Shown piece after piece: positions 9,266 through 17,958 of a stretch of 64,000 bases of DNA. The translations under genes and the position numbers were made by a program. This stretch comes from a virus, in IMG/VR virus record IMGVR_UViG_3300033143_003083, positions 13,173 to 77,172 of that record; one strand, 5' to 3'. The notes beneath the pieces were generated by a model. The model did not search any database. It saw only the letters and a list, made by a program, of their open reading frames with translations, and was not told where the DNA came from. Every line of letters begins with the position of its first letter. Within the stretch, counting starts at the first letter, position 1.

Positions 9266-9616
9266 ATGAAACTTGATGAACTGTTTGCATGTCATGAAGA
9301 AGTCTTACTGGAAGGTAAGATTGAACGAATAATTGAAAAACATCAGGTGGCAATCCTTAAAGCGTTCAGTAAAGAGTCACCGGATGTCGTTGGCAATGTA
9401 AATCATATAATGAATGAATTTAAAGAGACACATCCAAAATATATCCAATGGATCACCAATCGTTACATCAAAGGTGAGTTCATAATGGAAAATTTACCTG
9501 AACTTAAGATGAAATTAGAAGAATTTGATAAAATTAAAGACAAACTTCAGTCTAATGAGAAGGATATCAACCGTCACAAAACATTAGAGTCGTTTTATAA
9601 GGTTATCACAGGGTAA
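9266..9616 (+). CDS. Short paralog of the N-terminal domain of 7188-8792; MKLDELF leader
   Basis: KYIQWITNRY.KGEF vs KYVQWIANRY..REF; FD.IK.KL...KDIN shared. Confidence 0.7.
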   Translation: MKLDELFACHEEVLLEGKIERIIEKHQVAILKAFSKESPDVVGNVNHIMNEFKETHPKYIQWITNRYIKGEFIMENLPELKMKLEEFDKIKDKLQSNEKDINRHKTLESFYKVITG

Positions 9617-9857
9617 TCAATACCGTCTTATGGTTATCTGGTAATTTATCATCAATAAAGGGTAAGTATTCACCACTCAATCTATATTTCCCTCCCCTCC
9701 ACAGAATTTTACCAGTTTCATTATTCCTTTTGGTTAATATTACGTCTGTGCCAAACACAATTTCACCGTCAAACTCAACTGCAACATATCGTACACCAGT
9801 AAGATCAACATCCATTAAGTAAAACCATATCATTTCTATGAATTCATCGTCAGTCAT
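9606..9857 (-). CDS. Small paralog family C (AVDxDG)
   Basis: YVAVEFDGEIV...W...LITL. Confidence 0.75.
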   Translation of the reverse strand: MTDDEFIEMIWFYLMDVDLTGVRYVAVEFDGEIVFGTDVILTKRNNETGKILWRGGKYRLSGEYLPFIDDKLPDNHKTVLITL

Positions 9858-10135
9858 AATTTTATCATCACATTCTTATAATTTGGGGGGGTGTCATCTG
9901 GTGATCTGGTGAGATACGTACCAGTAAGAACCGATTCTGCATCATTTGAACGCCAAATGAAATGATGAGTGTTCTTATTATAACTGTTTGTCGTATTATG
10001 AATACCTCTTACTAATCTGTCACCATGTGATACTACAATCTCACCATCAAAATCTACTGCAAGATACTTTGCACCAGTTAAGTTGTAGTCAATTAGTTTG
10101 AATAATATTAATTGTTCGAAATCATCATCAGTCAT
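9854..10135 (-). CDS. Small paralog family C
   Basis: YLAVDFDGEIV...PPNYKNVMIKL. Confidence 0.75.
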   Translation of the reverse strand: MTDDDFEQLILFKLIDYNLTGAKYLAVDFDGEIVVSHGDRLVRGIHNTTNSYNKNTHHFIWRSNDAESVLTGTYLTRSPDDTPPNYKNVMIKL

Positions 10136-10407
10136 AATTTTATTAGCGTATCTTTCCAGTTAAGTGGTCTGGTCATTGTTGTTATCAATTGAAAGTTTGC
10201 TGCTGATGTCAACGCATCAGCTACTTCTTCTGCTGGCGTCCATTGACTTCTGAATGAGTTATTTTTTAGTTTTTGATTAATAGGTTCTAATCCGTACACA
10301 TACAAATTACCATCACTATCAACCGCAGCATAATTAAACCTGTCGATGTTATAATCACATAACAACAGATGAAATTTCATTAACTCTTTGTATTCAATGG
10401 TTGTCAT
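10132..10407 (-). CDS. Small paralog family C
   Basis: YKELMKFHLL...YAAVDSDG...PLNWKDTLIKL. Confidence 0.8.
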   Translation of the reverse strand: MTTIEYKELMKFHLLLCDYNIDRFNYAAVDSDGNLYVYGLEPINQKLKNNSFRSQWTPAEEVADALTSAANFQLITTMTRPLNWKDTLIKL

Positions 10408-10667
10408 AATTTAAAAAGCATTTCAGCGTAATTATCCATAACCGGATTCAAATATACATCAGTACAAAAAGGAATCATATGATCCGGTGGTGGTTTCCCA
10501 CCCCAAACCTTCTGACCGTTAGGGGGAATTGTGTTATCTTCAATTGTCATCAGATAACTACTTGTCACAATCTCACCATCATAATCAATACCAATGTATT
10601 TCACATTAGTTAAATCATAATCTATTAACTTATACATGATAAGTTCAAACCAATCATCCTTAGTCAT
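10404..10667 (-). CDS. Small paralog family C
   Basis: ELIMYKL...YIGIDYDGEIV...LFKL. Confidence 0.75.
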   Translation of the reverse strand: MTKDDWFELIMYKLIDYDLTNVKYIGIDYDGEIVTSSYLMTIEDNTIPPNGQKVWGGKPPPDHMIPFCTDVYLNPVMDNYAEMLFKL

Positions 10668-10668
10668 T

Positions 10669-10926
10669 CTATAATTTCCTGAACTTCAGCATTTCTATAC
10701 CTGCCTCGGTTATATAAATTTCAGCGTATTTCTGTGTGACTACATTAGGTACTAATTCCTTGCCACCAAACACATGATCAAGAATTATCCATCCTAATTC
10801 ATCCCATTCTTCCATGTACTCAGTATAAGTAAGAACAATCTTAGTGGTATGTGCAGGAGCATGGTAATAATGAATGACATGACGTGTCCTCAGATAAAAT
10901 TCGTCTAATGAAGTAATCATTTTCAT
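10669..10926 (-). CDS. Small paralog family B (wHTH-like)
   Basis: ELGWI...ITEAG.EMLKFRKL. Confidence 0.75.
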   Translation of the reverse strand: MKMITSLDEFYLRTRHVIHYYHAPAHTTKIVLTYTEYMEEWDELGWIILDHVFGGKELVPNVVTQKYAEIYITEAGIEMLKFRKL

Positions 10927-11123
10927 AATTCCCTGAATTCCAATACTGTCATACCCAGTTCAGTAATAGAATAAGTTTTTTCTTGGTTGTCAATAAATTC
11001 GATATAACCTAAACTCATATATGCCTTATACAATGGAGTATCAAAGTATACAAATTTTACGTAAGATGAATTGAGTGAATGCATCCTACCAAACCATTCA
11101 TCTATTGGTGTTGCCCTACTCAT
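10923..11123 (-). CDS. Small paralog family B
   Basis: LGYI...YSITELG..VLEFREL. Confidence 0.75.
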   Translation of the reverse strand: MSRATPIDEWFGRMHSLNSSYVKFVYFDTPLYKAYMSLGYIEFIDNQEKTYSITELGMTVLEFREL

Positions 11124-11347
11124 AATTCATCGAACGCCAATACGTCCAATCCAGTTTCTGTTATCTGTATATGATAAGCATCCCTACCATATATCGTTTT
11201 AAATGGGTTCGAAGCAACAATCCATCCTAATTCAACCCATGTTGGTATATCAACCGCAGCACAATTAAACTTACATTCAATTCTGCTTTTGGCTATTCTG
11301 TTTTCTCTGAATAAGAAACAGAATGTTTGTAAGTATTTTGAATTCAT
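11120..11347 (-). CDS. Small paralog family B
   Basis: ELGWI...ITETG..VLAFDEL. Confidence 0.75.
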   Translation of the reverse strand: MNSKYLQTFCFLFRENRIAKSRIECKFNCAAVDIPTWVELGWIVASNPFKTIYGRDAYHIQITETGLDVLAFDEL

Positions 11348-11616
11348 AATTTTATTAATGTCTTAGTCCAATCTTCTGGGTCAAGCATCCATATTATAAA
11401 TTTATAATTGGAAGATGACCATGCTTCTTTAGTTTCTTCTAATGGTGTCCATCCAGATGGGTGTGTCAGGGGGTCATATTGGTAAATACGTGGTTCAAAC
11501 TCATAGGTATGCAAAGCACCACCTTCATCAACCGCAGCATAATTCATACCAATTAAATTTTCATCACATAACAACAGATGGAATTTCATTAACTCTTTGT
11601 ATTCATCAAGATTCAT
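11344..11616 (-). CDS. Small paralog family C
   Basis: YKELMKFHLL...YAAVDEGG...WTKTLIKL. Confidence 0.8.
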   Translation of the reverse strand: MNLDEYKELMKFHLLLCDENLIGMNYAAVDEGGALHTYEFEPRIYQYDPLTHPSGWTPLEETKEAWSSSNYKFIIWMLDPEDWTKTLIKL

Positions 11617-11876
11617 AATTCATCAAATGCCAGTAAACTTTCACCATGTTCAGTTATACGAATATACAACTTACTCTCAACCATAGAATTAGTAATACGT
11701 CTTCTTAGGTTAAGGTAATCCCTGCCAATACAAGTACCGATATCATCCACTGTTATAAATTCAATAAGACCTTTCTCAAGGTATTGTTCATATCGTTTAG
11801 AAATTTCTCTGCGCCATATACCATTGGCATCTTCAAGGTCAAACATAAGAATGAAATATTTGTTTACATCATCCAT
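11613..11876 (-). CDS. Small paralog family B
   Basis: EKGLI...ITEHG.SLLAFDEL; TAATG-coupled start. Confidence 0.7.
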   Translation of the reverse strand: MDDVNKYFILMFDLEDANGIWRREISKRYEQYLEKGLIEFITVDDIGTCIGRDYLNLRRRITNSMVESKLYIRITEHGESLLAFDEL

Positions 11877-12148
11877 TATAATTTCACCAACGATTCTTTC
11901 CAATAAGGTTGTGGTATAAGGCATGTTACTAATTCGTACCCACAACTATGAATTTCATCATGGGCAAAATTATTATACCACATTCTAATTTTATTAATTT
12001 CGATATCAACATGTTTTATTGTAGGTTTATCTATATAAATATACAGTTCTCCATTCTTGTCAACAGCAGCATAATTAAATAACGTTAAGTCCATGCTTGT
12101 CATCAGTAAATGGAATTTCATTAAGGTTATGTATTCTTCTCGTGTCAT
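11876..12148 (-). CDS. Small paralog family C
   Basis: LMKFHLL...YAAVDKNG...WKESLVKL. Confidence 0.75.
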   Translation of the reverse strand: MTREEYITLMKFHLLMTSMDLTLFNYAAVDKNGELYIYIDKPTIKHVDIEINKIRMWYNNFAHDEIHSCGYELVTCLIPQPYWKESLVKL

Positions 12149-12175
12149 AATAATACCCAAAGTGTTCATAGTCCA

Positions 12176-12181
12176 TAAATA
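12176..12181 (+). promoter_or_regulatory. T4-like late promoter core TAAATA
   Basis: CATAAATAG upstream of GAGG RBS of 12213. Confidence 0.6.
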
Positions 12182-12212
12182 GTATTATAAACACTCAGAG
12201 GAAAATATCAAG

Positions 12213-13079
12213 ATGCCAGTATCATTAACACTACCTTCAGTCAAAGGTTCATTACTTGACCATCAGGAAATGGAAGATAACTTAACCGATCTTCAGGATG
12301 CGGTTAATATAGCACGAGTCGAAACAGTCACTGAAACGTCCGTATCAATCACTGCCAGTAATAAACGTGTAATCCTTTGTGATGCTACTGCCAACAATAT
12401 GACTGTCACACTGCCTCCTGCTGCGTCCTCATTAGACGAAATTTACTACATTAAGAAAGTAGACAGTACTACCAATACCATTACAATAACAGGTGACGGA
12501 TCTGAAGTTATTGATGATGAACTCACTCAGGTTATCCGTGATCAATATGAAGGTCTGGCAATGATATCAGATGGTGGTGAATGGTTCGTCATCACAAAGA
12601 AATCTAATGCCCCATTAACTGTCGGTGTTAAAACATCCACAACAACTGTTGCTAATACTGCCGCAGAAACATTAATCTATTCTTATAATTTTACTGCTGA
12701 TGCGTTTCTCCCCCATGAGAAAGTTATTGCTGAAGCATCTGGGTCTTATTCTAATGCAAGTCCAAATGATGATTTTCAAATTATCGTTAAGATGAATGGG
12801 GTGTTGATGCATTCACTTAGTCGTATCGGCACAGGTAAAACTGATGCAGGTTGGAAACTTAAAGTGGATGGCACAATCAGAACCATTGGTGCAGCAGGAA
12901 CATACGTTGATATCTCTGGACTGTCAGATGGTGACACCACATTCACTGAAGCACTCTCAACCGAAGTCGTAATTGATACTACCGTACCGATAACATATGA
13001 AGTATTTGTCAAATGGGATAATGCAGATGTCGGTAATATTTTTGCATGTACCCAAGGCAGAATCACACTGATCGTTTAA
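12213..13079 (+). CDS. Probable virion structural/fibre protein
   Basis: KGS.L.H.EMEDN N-terminus, DAT...TVTLPPA...IKK.D module, Thr/Val-rich; late promoter. Confidence 0.6.
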   Translation: MPVSLTLPSVKGSLLDHQEMEDNLTDLQDAVNIARVETVTETSVSITASNKRVILCDATANNMTVTLPPAASSLDEIYYIKKVDSTTNTITITGDGSEVIDDELTQVIRDQYEGLAMISDGGEWFVITKKSNAPLTVGVKTSTTTVANTAAETLIYSYNFTADAFLPHEKVIAEASGSYSNASPNDDFQIIVKMNGVLMHSLSRIGTGKTDAGWKLKVDGTIRTIGAAGTYVDISGLSDGDTTFTEALSTEVVIDTTVPITYEVFVKWDNADVGNIFACTQGRITLIV

Positions 13080-13231
13080 AGATTGTCAAAATCATTGAAG
13101 TCATTTATTATAGATTGAATTTCTTCAGGTGTTTTTCCTTCTGCTTCTAATTGGTCGAACATATGATATCGTTCAGACGAAGTACATATCATAATGTGTT
13201 CTTCTTGATAGTACCTACATAAATATTTCAT
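13076..13231 (-). CDS. 51-aa family D-like protein (not in ORF track), ends FDNL
   Basis: Hand translation: MKYLCRYY...EGKTPEEIQSIINDFNDFDNL*; ATGA coupling. Confidence 0.65.
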   Translation of the reverse strand: MKYLCRYYQEEHIMICTSSERYHMFDQLEAEGKTPEEIQSIINDFNDFDNL

Positions 13232-13452
13232 AACTTACTGAATGCCTTTAATGTCTTCCCTTCTTCAGTCAACTTCATTACTGCTGATGGGGGATGATCT
13301 TTTACTTCTACTACTGTTACCCAACCACGCTCAATCCAATTAAGTGTTATTGGGGATTGAGCAACATGAATGTCAGTCTCGTCATTATAATGGTTTACTA
13401 TTCTGATGAATGTTCTCATTGCATCAACATCATCTTCATAAAATTTCTTCAT
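13228..13452 (-). CDS. Small paralog family B
   Basis: ERGWV...LTEEG.TLKAFSKL. Confidence 0.75.
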   Translation of the reverse strand: MKKFYEDDVDAMRTFIRIVNHYNDETDIHVAQSPITLNWIERGWVTVVEVKDHPPSAVMKLTEEGKTLKAFSKL

Positions 13453-13664
13453 AATAACTCACCGTATATTGTCGCTCTCCCCAAATCAGTTAATTCCACT
13501 TGGACAAATGAATACTCTGACATTGGCATATCTATATTAACTTTGATATAACCTTTTTGTACCCACATATCACTAAAAAAATCTTGTCTGATGACAAAAA
13601 TATCTTTGTTCCACTTGATTGCAGTCTCAATGAATTTTTTTTCGATAGTTGTTGAATAAATCAT
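13449..13664 (-). CDS. Small paralog family B
   Basis: QKGYI...LTDLG...YGELL. Confidence 0.75.
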   Translation of the reverse strand: MIYSTTIEKKFIETAIKWNKDIFVIRQDFFSDMWVQKGYIKVNIDMPMSEYSFVQVELTDLGRATIYGELL

Positions 13665-13888
13665 AAGTTTGCAAAGACTATTACCGATCTGCCAAGGTCA
13701 GTAATACGAAGGTTAAGATGAAATTCTAACGATGGTTCTACAATTTCCAACCACCCAAGAGTAACAAACTCTCTGGTTGTACTTGTGTCATACAATACCA
13801 TAGATTCTTTCATGTCTCTGCCCCATAACATAGAGAAGAATGAAGATAAGGCAGTGTCGGTTATAGGGGAGTCATCATTAATCATCAT
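13661..13888 (-). CDS. Small paralog family B
   Basis: LGWL...ITDLG..VIVFANL. Confidence 0.75.
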   Translation of the reverse strand: MMINDDSPITDTALSSFFSMLWGRDMKESMVLYDTSTTREFVTLGWLEIVEPSLEFHLNLRITDLGRSVIVFANL

Positions 13889-14268
13889 AACAATAAGTAA
13901 CTTGCTACCATTTCAGGAGTCATACCTTCACCCACCAGAAGAATAATGTGTTTTTGTAAACCAGTTATTACTGGATTAAGATTAATAAATTCATCATGGT
14001 CATGAGTCATACAAAAATTGTACGAGGTAAATGTGGTATTCCGATCAGCCGTATAAAATTTAATAAGTTCATATGCATGTGTTGCATCATGAGAATACTT
14101 CTCACCTGAAGCACGAAATCCTTTCTGTGATAATTTGTAATAGATGAAACCATCACCATACTCAGTTTCTTGTTTGCCAAACACACTAAGACCGCACCCC
14201 ACCTTAAACATATGGTTTGGTACATTGGTCAACATCAGTCCTGAATACTCTTTGTATAAAATTGTCAT
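13885..14268 (-). CDS. Family D protein (GMxxExIxxYxxL end)
   Basis: EGMTPEMVASYLLL. Confidence 0.7.
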   Translation of the reverse strand: MTILYKEYSGLMLTNVPNHMFKVGCGLSVFGKQETEYGDGFIYYKLSQKGFRASGEKYSHDATHAYELIKFYTADRNTTFTSYNFCMTHDHDEFINLNPVITGLQKHIILLVGEGMTPEMVASYLLL

Positions 14269-14444
14269 AAGTTTATGTAATCTTGTATTTCTTCTTCAGA
14301 CATACCTTCCAAAACCATTTTTGCAATGACTTCCAATTTAGTATCATCCCTAAATGTAACAGACATCACATCTTCGTCCCCTATATAGAACGTGTGCTCT
14401 TTTCCACCCAATCCCCACTTCACATATGATATTTTTTTATTCAT
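14265..14444 (-). CDS. 59-aa family D protein (not in ORF track)
   Basis: Hand translation: MNKKISYVKW...EGMSEEEIQDYINL*; ATGA coupling on both sides. Confidence 0.7.
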   Translation of the reverse strand: MNKKISYVKWGLGGKEHTFYIGDEDVMSVTFRDDTKLEVIAKMVLEGMSEEEIQDYINL

Positions 14445-14671
14445 ATTTTTATCAATGTATCTTTCCAGTTAAGTGGCACAGGTAATTTAACAATGCTGTC
14501 AGCAGCAATCCCATCATTATTATCCCATATTTCAATTCCGACTGTGGGTTCGTCACTGTACCCCCACATGCTCCCATCAGAATCAACAGCAAAATGTGTG
14601 AATACACTTAAATCCTTATCTGATAACAACAGATGAAATTTCATTAACTCTTTGTAATCATCAAGTGTCAT
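14441..14671 (-). CDS. Small paralog family C
   Basis: YKELMKFHLL...FAVDSDG...PLNWKDTLIKI. Confidence 0.8.
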   Translation of the reverse strand: MTLDDYKELMKFHLLLSDKDLSVFTHFAVDSDGSMWGYSDEPTVGIEIWDNNDGIAADSIVKLPVPLNWKDTLIKI

Positions 14672-14946
14672 AATTTCAGCATTGCCATGTATTCTCTGTA
14701 CCCATCAAGTAACGTCACATCAATATACGATCTGACAATACCTGTCATACGTGATTCTGTTATACCCCTTCCGACAACGGAAAAAAAGTAATTATCCTTA
14801 TCCTTATTGTCGTTCATTCGATATATCAATTTATCCTGCACAAAAACCCTGTATGAGTTTTTGTACAGATACTCAGTCGAAGGATCGTGTTCAATTTTGT
14901 TGAATATCTCACGTTGAACAGATTCGTTCGGTGGTTGCTTCCTCAT
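14668..14946 (-). CDS. Hypothetical protein, ends MLKL
   Basis: Coupled ORF in array. Confidence 0.6.
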   Translation of the reverse strand: MRKQPPNESVQREIFNKIEHDPSTEYLYKNSYRVFVQDKLIYRMNDNKDKDNYFFSVVGRGITESRMTGIVRSYIDVTLLDGYREYMAMLKL

Positions 14947-15158
14947 TAAGTACGTTCTTTCATATGTGAAGGAAATCCAGAAAACGAACCAGAAGTAGGG
15001 AAAGTATTGTCATTCTTACTGCGACAGTCACACCCTGTACGACCCTCTACCGGAACGTTAGTGTTGGTGAATTGTGACATACCACCGCAACTAGTCCAAC
15101 CACCACAAATACCACAGGCAGCAACAGGAACGTTATTCATATCATTTTTATGGGTCAT
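14946..15158 (-). CDS. Small Cys-rich protein
   Basis: CGICGG...CDC; AGGAG RBS after promoter. Confidence 0.6.
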   Translation of the reverse strand: MTHKNDMNNVPVAACGICGGWTSCGGMSQFTNTNVPVEGRTGCDCRSKNDNTFPTSGSFSGFPSHMKERT

Positions 15159-15185
15159 AATCTTTCTCCTAAGTTGATGTAGGGA

Positions 15186-15214
15186 ATTATAGATTGAAAA
15201 CTTTCCATTGTCAA
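15186..15214 (-). promoter_or_regulatory. Sigma70-consensus early promoter
   Basis: TTGACA-ATGGAAAGTTTTCAATC(17)-TATAAT. Confidence 0.9.
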
Positions 15215-15220
15215 ATTTAT

Positions 15221-15451
15221 TTACAATTTGTAGTAGGCGTCAATGGCCTCAATGGACATCCCTGCATCCCACATATCACATATCTTCATATACAGGTACT
15301 CTTTGTGACCCTCCCACGAGATATCGAATCTTAATTCACCCATTTCATCACCGTTATTATACCAGATGACCACACATGACTTTTCAGGCGTGGCACGATG
15401 TTCCACACCGTACCCACAGAATTTTTCATGATGTAAATCAGGTTTACTCAT
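15221..15451 (-). CDS. Family D protein
   Basis: AGMSIEAIDAYYKL. Confidence 0.7.
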   Translation of the reverse strand: MSKPDLHHEKFCGYGVEHRATPEKSCVVIWYNNGDEMGELRFDISWEGHKEYLYMKICDMWDAGMSIEAIDAYYKL

Positions 15452-15717
15452 AATCTGGCGTAAGCAACTCTCATACTTATGAAATCCCTTATTCGATTTA
15501 ATCCCTTACCATCTTCTGCCAGCATATTACAATCTCTGCATATTTCACTCACTTCAACATTGTTTACAAAATGAGGAAGGTAGATTGTTTTAACTTTGTG
15601 TGTGTCGGTATATTGAAAATGATATATCTCAGGATCATACTGGTAGACTATTATGGCAGGTCTTCCATCTGGACGATCACCAACAGATCTTACTGTAAAT
15701 TTGTATATGTATTTCAT
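15448..15717 (-). CDS. Family D-like protein
   Basis: ICRDC...DGKG...AYARL. Confidence 0.65.
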   Translation of the reverse strand: MKYIYKFTVRSVGDRPDGRPAIIVYQYDPEIYHFQYTDTHKVKTIYLPHFVNNVEVSEICRDCNMLAEDGKGLNRIRDFISMRVAYARL

Positions 15718-15959
15718 AGTTCCATATAGTCCTTAATCATATCAAGTGGCATACCTTCATCATAAAGTTTTTTTACAGTATTAAAAATCTTTAAACCAGA
15801 CATTACCCCAAGATCAAGTTGTATCGTTAGTGTGCTGTCTGCTATCCTGTAAGCACCATCCCTCATACTATAAGGGATACTGACATAATCGCATAGTACA
15901 TCATCAATATAACCACGATATACATGGTATCCAAACTTGAAAACATCACCAGAGTTCAT
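15714..15959 (-). CDS. Family D protein
   Basis: EGMPLDMIKDYMEL. Confidence 0.7.
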   Translation of the reverse strand: MNSGDVFKFGYHVYRGYIDDVLCDYVSIPYSMRDGAYRIADSTLTIQLDLGVMSGLKIFNTVKKLYDEGMPLDMIKDYMEL

Positions 15960-16195
15960 AGTAACACATACGCCGCAACATCATCTATATCCATCTCAAC
16001 ATTATCATCATGCATTTGTTGAACATCCCTACAAAGTTGAGCAATTTCCTCGTATTCTAAACTGCCAGACACACTGATTCTTTTGACAAATGCACCTTGT
16101 GCGCCATTCCCCCCAATCCTAATTATTAACGATGACTTAGCACCAGCAATCGCATGATGATGACTAAACATTATGTAATACTTACTACAACTCAT
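15956..16195 (-). CDS. Family D-like protein
   Basis: MDIDDVAAYVLL. Confidence 0.65.
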   Translation of the reverse strand: MSCSKYYIMFSHHHAIAGAKSSLIIRIGGNGAQGAFVKRISVSGSLEYEEIAQLCRDVQQMHDDNVEMDIDDVAAYVLL

Positions 16196-16442
16196 AATAA
16201 TCCCTGAGCATTTCCCAACTCATACCATCTTTGTGTAGTTGTTCCATCCGTTGCAAAAGCATAATACCTTCTTCACTGGGACTTCTTTTCAGGTTATCAA
16301 GAAACTTATAATTGGTCACATCAACACTCAGACTATAACCTGCCTTATGAATTACCACCTTGCCGTAATCAACTACCTTACCATAAGTGGCATGATCGGT
16401 CACTGTTGGAAACTGAAGATTATATCCGTCATACGTAATCAT
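16185..16442 (-). CDS. Family D protein
   Basis: DGMSWEMLRDYYEL. Confidence 0.7.
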   Translation of the reverse strand: MITYDGYNLQFPTVTDHATYGKVVDYGKVVIHKAGYSLSVDVTNYKFLDNLKRSPSEEGIMLLQRMEQLHKDGMSWEMLRDYYEL

Positions 16443-16666
16443 AATTCAAGATACGCCTTGATTTCTTCCCAACTCATTCCCTTGTGTACCATCCTTATCA
16501 GTAATTTTTCAAGACCATTAAGATCTTGGTAATTACCAATATTAATTGTCAATTGAATATTATCATCAACAGACACATACAACGTATAATTAGGTGGCGC
16601 ACTCAAATCATTGCGGTCTTGTTCGCCAAAAACTTCAAGACTGAATTCATTAATCTTAACTGACAT
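16439..16666 (-). CDS. Family D protein
   Basis: KGMSWEEIKAYLEL; AGGAG RBS. Confidence 0.7.
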   Translation of the reverse strand: MSVKINEFSLEVFGEQDRNDLSAPPNYTLYVSVDDNIQLTINIGNYQDLNGLEKLLIRMVHKGMSWEEIKAYLEL

Positions 16667-16679
16667 TCTAAATACTCCT

Positions 16680-17123
16680 ATGGGCAAATTTGCACAAGGT
16701 GATTACACCGTAATCAACAAAGAAAAATATATGGGTAATATTCATAAGGTTCGCTATTTGTCCTCATGGGAACTTGTCTTGTTAAAATTCTTTGACATGA
16801 ATACTAGCATACTGGAATGGAATAGTGAAGATGTTATCGTCCCATACTATTCAAATGCTGATCAGAAGAAACGTAGGTACATGGTAGATTTCTATATCAA
16901 GTACAAGACGAAAGATGGAGTCATAAAAAAAGAGTTACTGGAAGTAAAACCGTATGCTCAAACATTACCCCCAACAAAAAGAGGAAGGAAGAAACAATCA
17001 ACCTTCCTCAAAGAAGTTTACACATACCAAGTGAATATTGATAAATGGAAAGCGGCAACTGCATTTGCAAAAGCACGTGGTATGGAATTCAGACTTATCA
17101 CTGAGCACGACATTTTTAAGTAG
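16680..17123 (+). CDS. Head completion nuclease (T4 gp4-like, TnsA-type)
   Basis: SSWE...EW.SE...PY...RY.VDFY...EVKP..QT.PP...N..KW.AA...ITE; TAAATA at 16669-16674. Confidence 0.88.
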   Translation: MGKFAQGDYTVINKEKYMGNIHKVRYLSSWELVLLKFFDMNTSILEWNSEDVIVPYYSNADQKKRRYMVDFYIKYKTKDGVIKKELLEVKPYAQTLPPTKRGRKKQSTFLKEVYTYQVNIDKWKAATAFAKARGMEFRLITEHDIFK

Positions 17124-17610
17124 ATTGTCTGTGTTCTACTAACTCACCCCATAACATTTTCATTTGATTGTTGTACTTGCTAATCATACTTTCGTTAATT
17201 GCTCTCATTACCAACCACACCATACCAATGATGAACATATCACCCCATAAAACGATAACAACTGATTCAGTGACATGTGTTAGGGAAGTCATACGTTCAT
17301 TAAATTTGGAACGATTCATTTCACAATAGGTAGCTTTGATTGTATTATCATTATACTTACGTTTTGTTATGTAATCTTTAATCTGATTTGGGTTACACAT
17401 GTACCCCAACATATTTTTTAAACCTGTGTATGCAATCAGATTAAAGACAATTAACACACCAATCAACCAATCAAGGTGGGCAATTGATAAGAATGTTACC
17501 CCAGCCAAACTTAGTAACATGCCGATCACAGCCTTGAACGTTACTTGCTTTGACTCAGCAAACAGTTCAAACATTACCTCTAAGTTTTTGAAGTACATTT
17601 CAGATTTCAT
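17116..17610 (-). CDS. Membrane protein
   Basis: Several hydrophobic segments. Confidence 0.6.
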   Translation of the reverse strand: MKSEMYFKNLEVMFELFAESKQVTFKAVIGMLLSLAGVTFLSIAHLDWLIGVLIVFNLIAYTGLKNMLGYMCNPNQIKDYITKRKYNDNTIKATYCEMNRSKFNERMTSLTHVTESVVIVLWGDMFIIGMVWLVMRAINESMISKYNNQMKMLWGELVEHRQST

Positions 17611-17951
17611 AGATACACATTTACCATATCTACTTGTTTTTTCATATTCTCAAGTTGTTTAATGTATGCTGGGTTATATGCAAAGCAATGTTTCTGGATG
17701 GCTATATTCATCATAATAAGACCAATAACTACTTCATCTTTATTGTCAGTATACGCTTTGCAATGTTCATTAGTTTTAACCCAAGTTTTAGCCAGATCGT
17801 CACCAACTGCGTACAGAATGTTTGCACAATTCTCAGCAGTCTTACCTAAACTAATTGCGTTATCAATTGGTGTACACAAAGTGGTTGCATACGCAGATCC
17901 AAAGGAAAGGGTTAATATTAATATCAATATGTTTTTCATGGGTTTCTCCAT
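17607..17951 (-). CDS. Secreted/periplasmic protein
   Basis: Signal peptide ending AYA; four Cys. Confidence 0.6.
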   Translation of the reverse strand: MEKPMKNILILILTLSFGSAYATTLCTPIDNAISLGKTAENCANILYAVGDDLAKTWVKTNEHCKAYTDNKDEVVIGLIMMNIAIQKHCFAYNPAYIKQLENMKKQVDMVNVYL

Positions 17952-17958
17952 TAGTTAG

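Noticed and set aside
9606-16666. Diversity-generating retroelement behind paralog variation
   Set aside because: No reverse transcriptase and no TR/VR pair differing only at adenines seen
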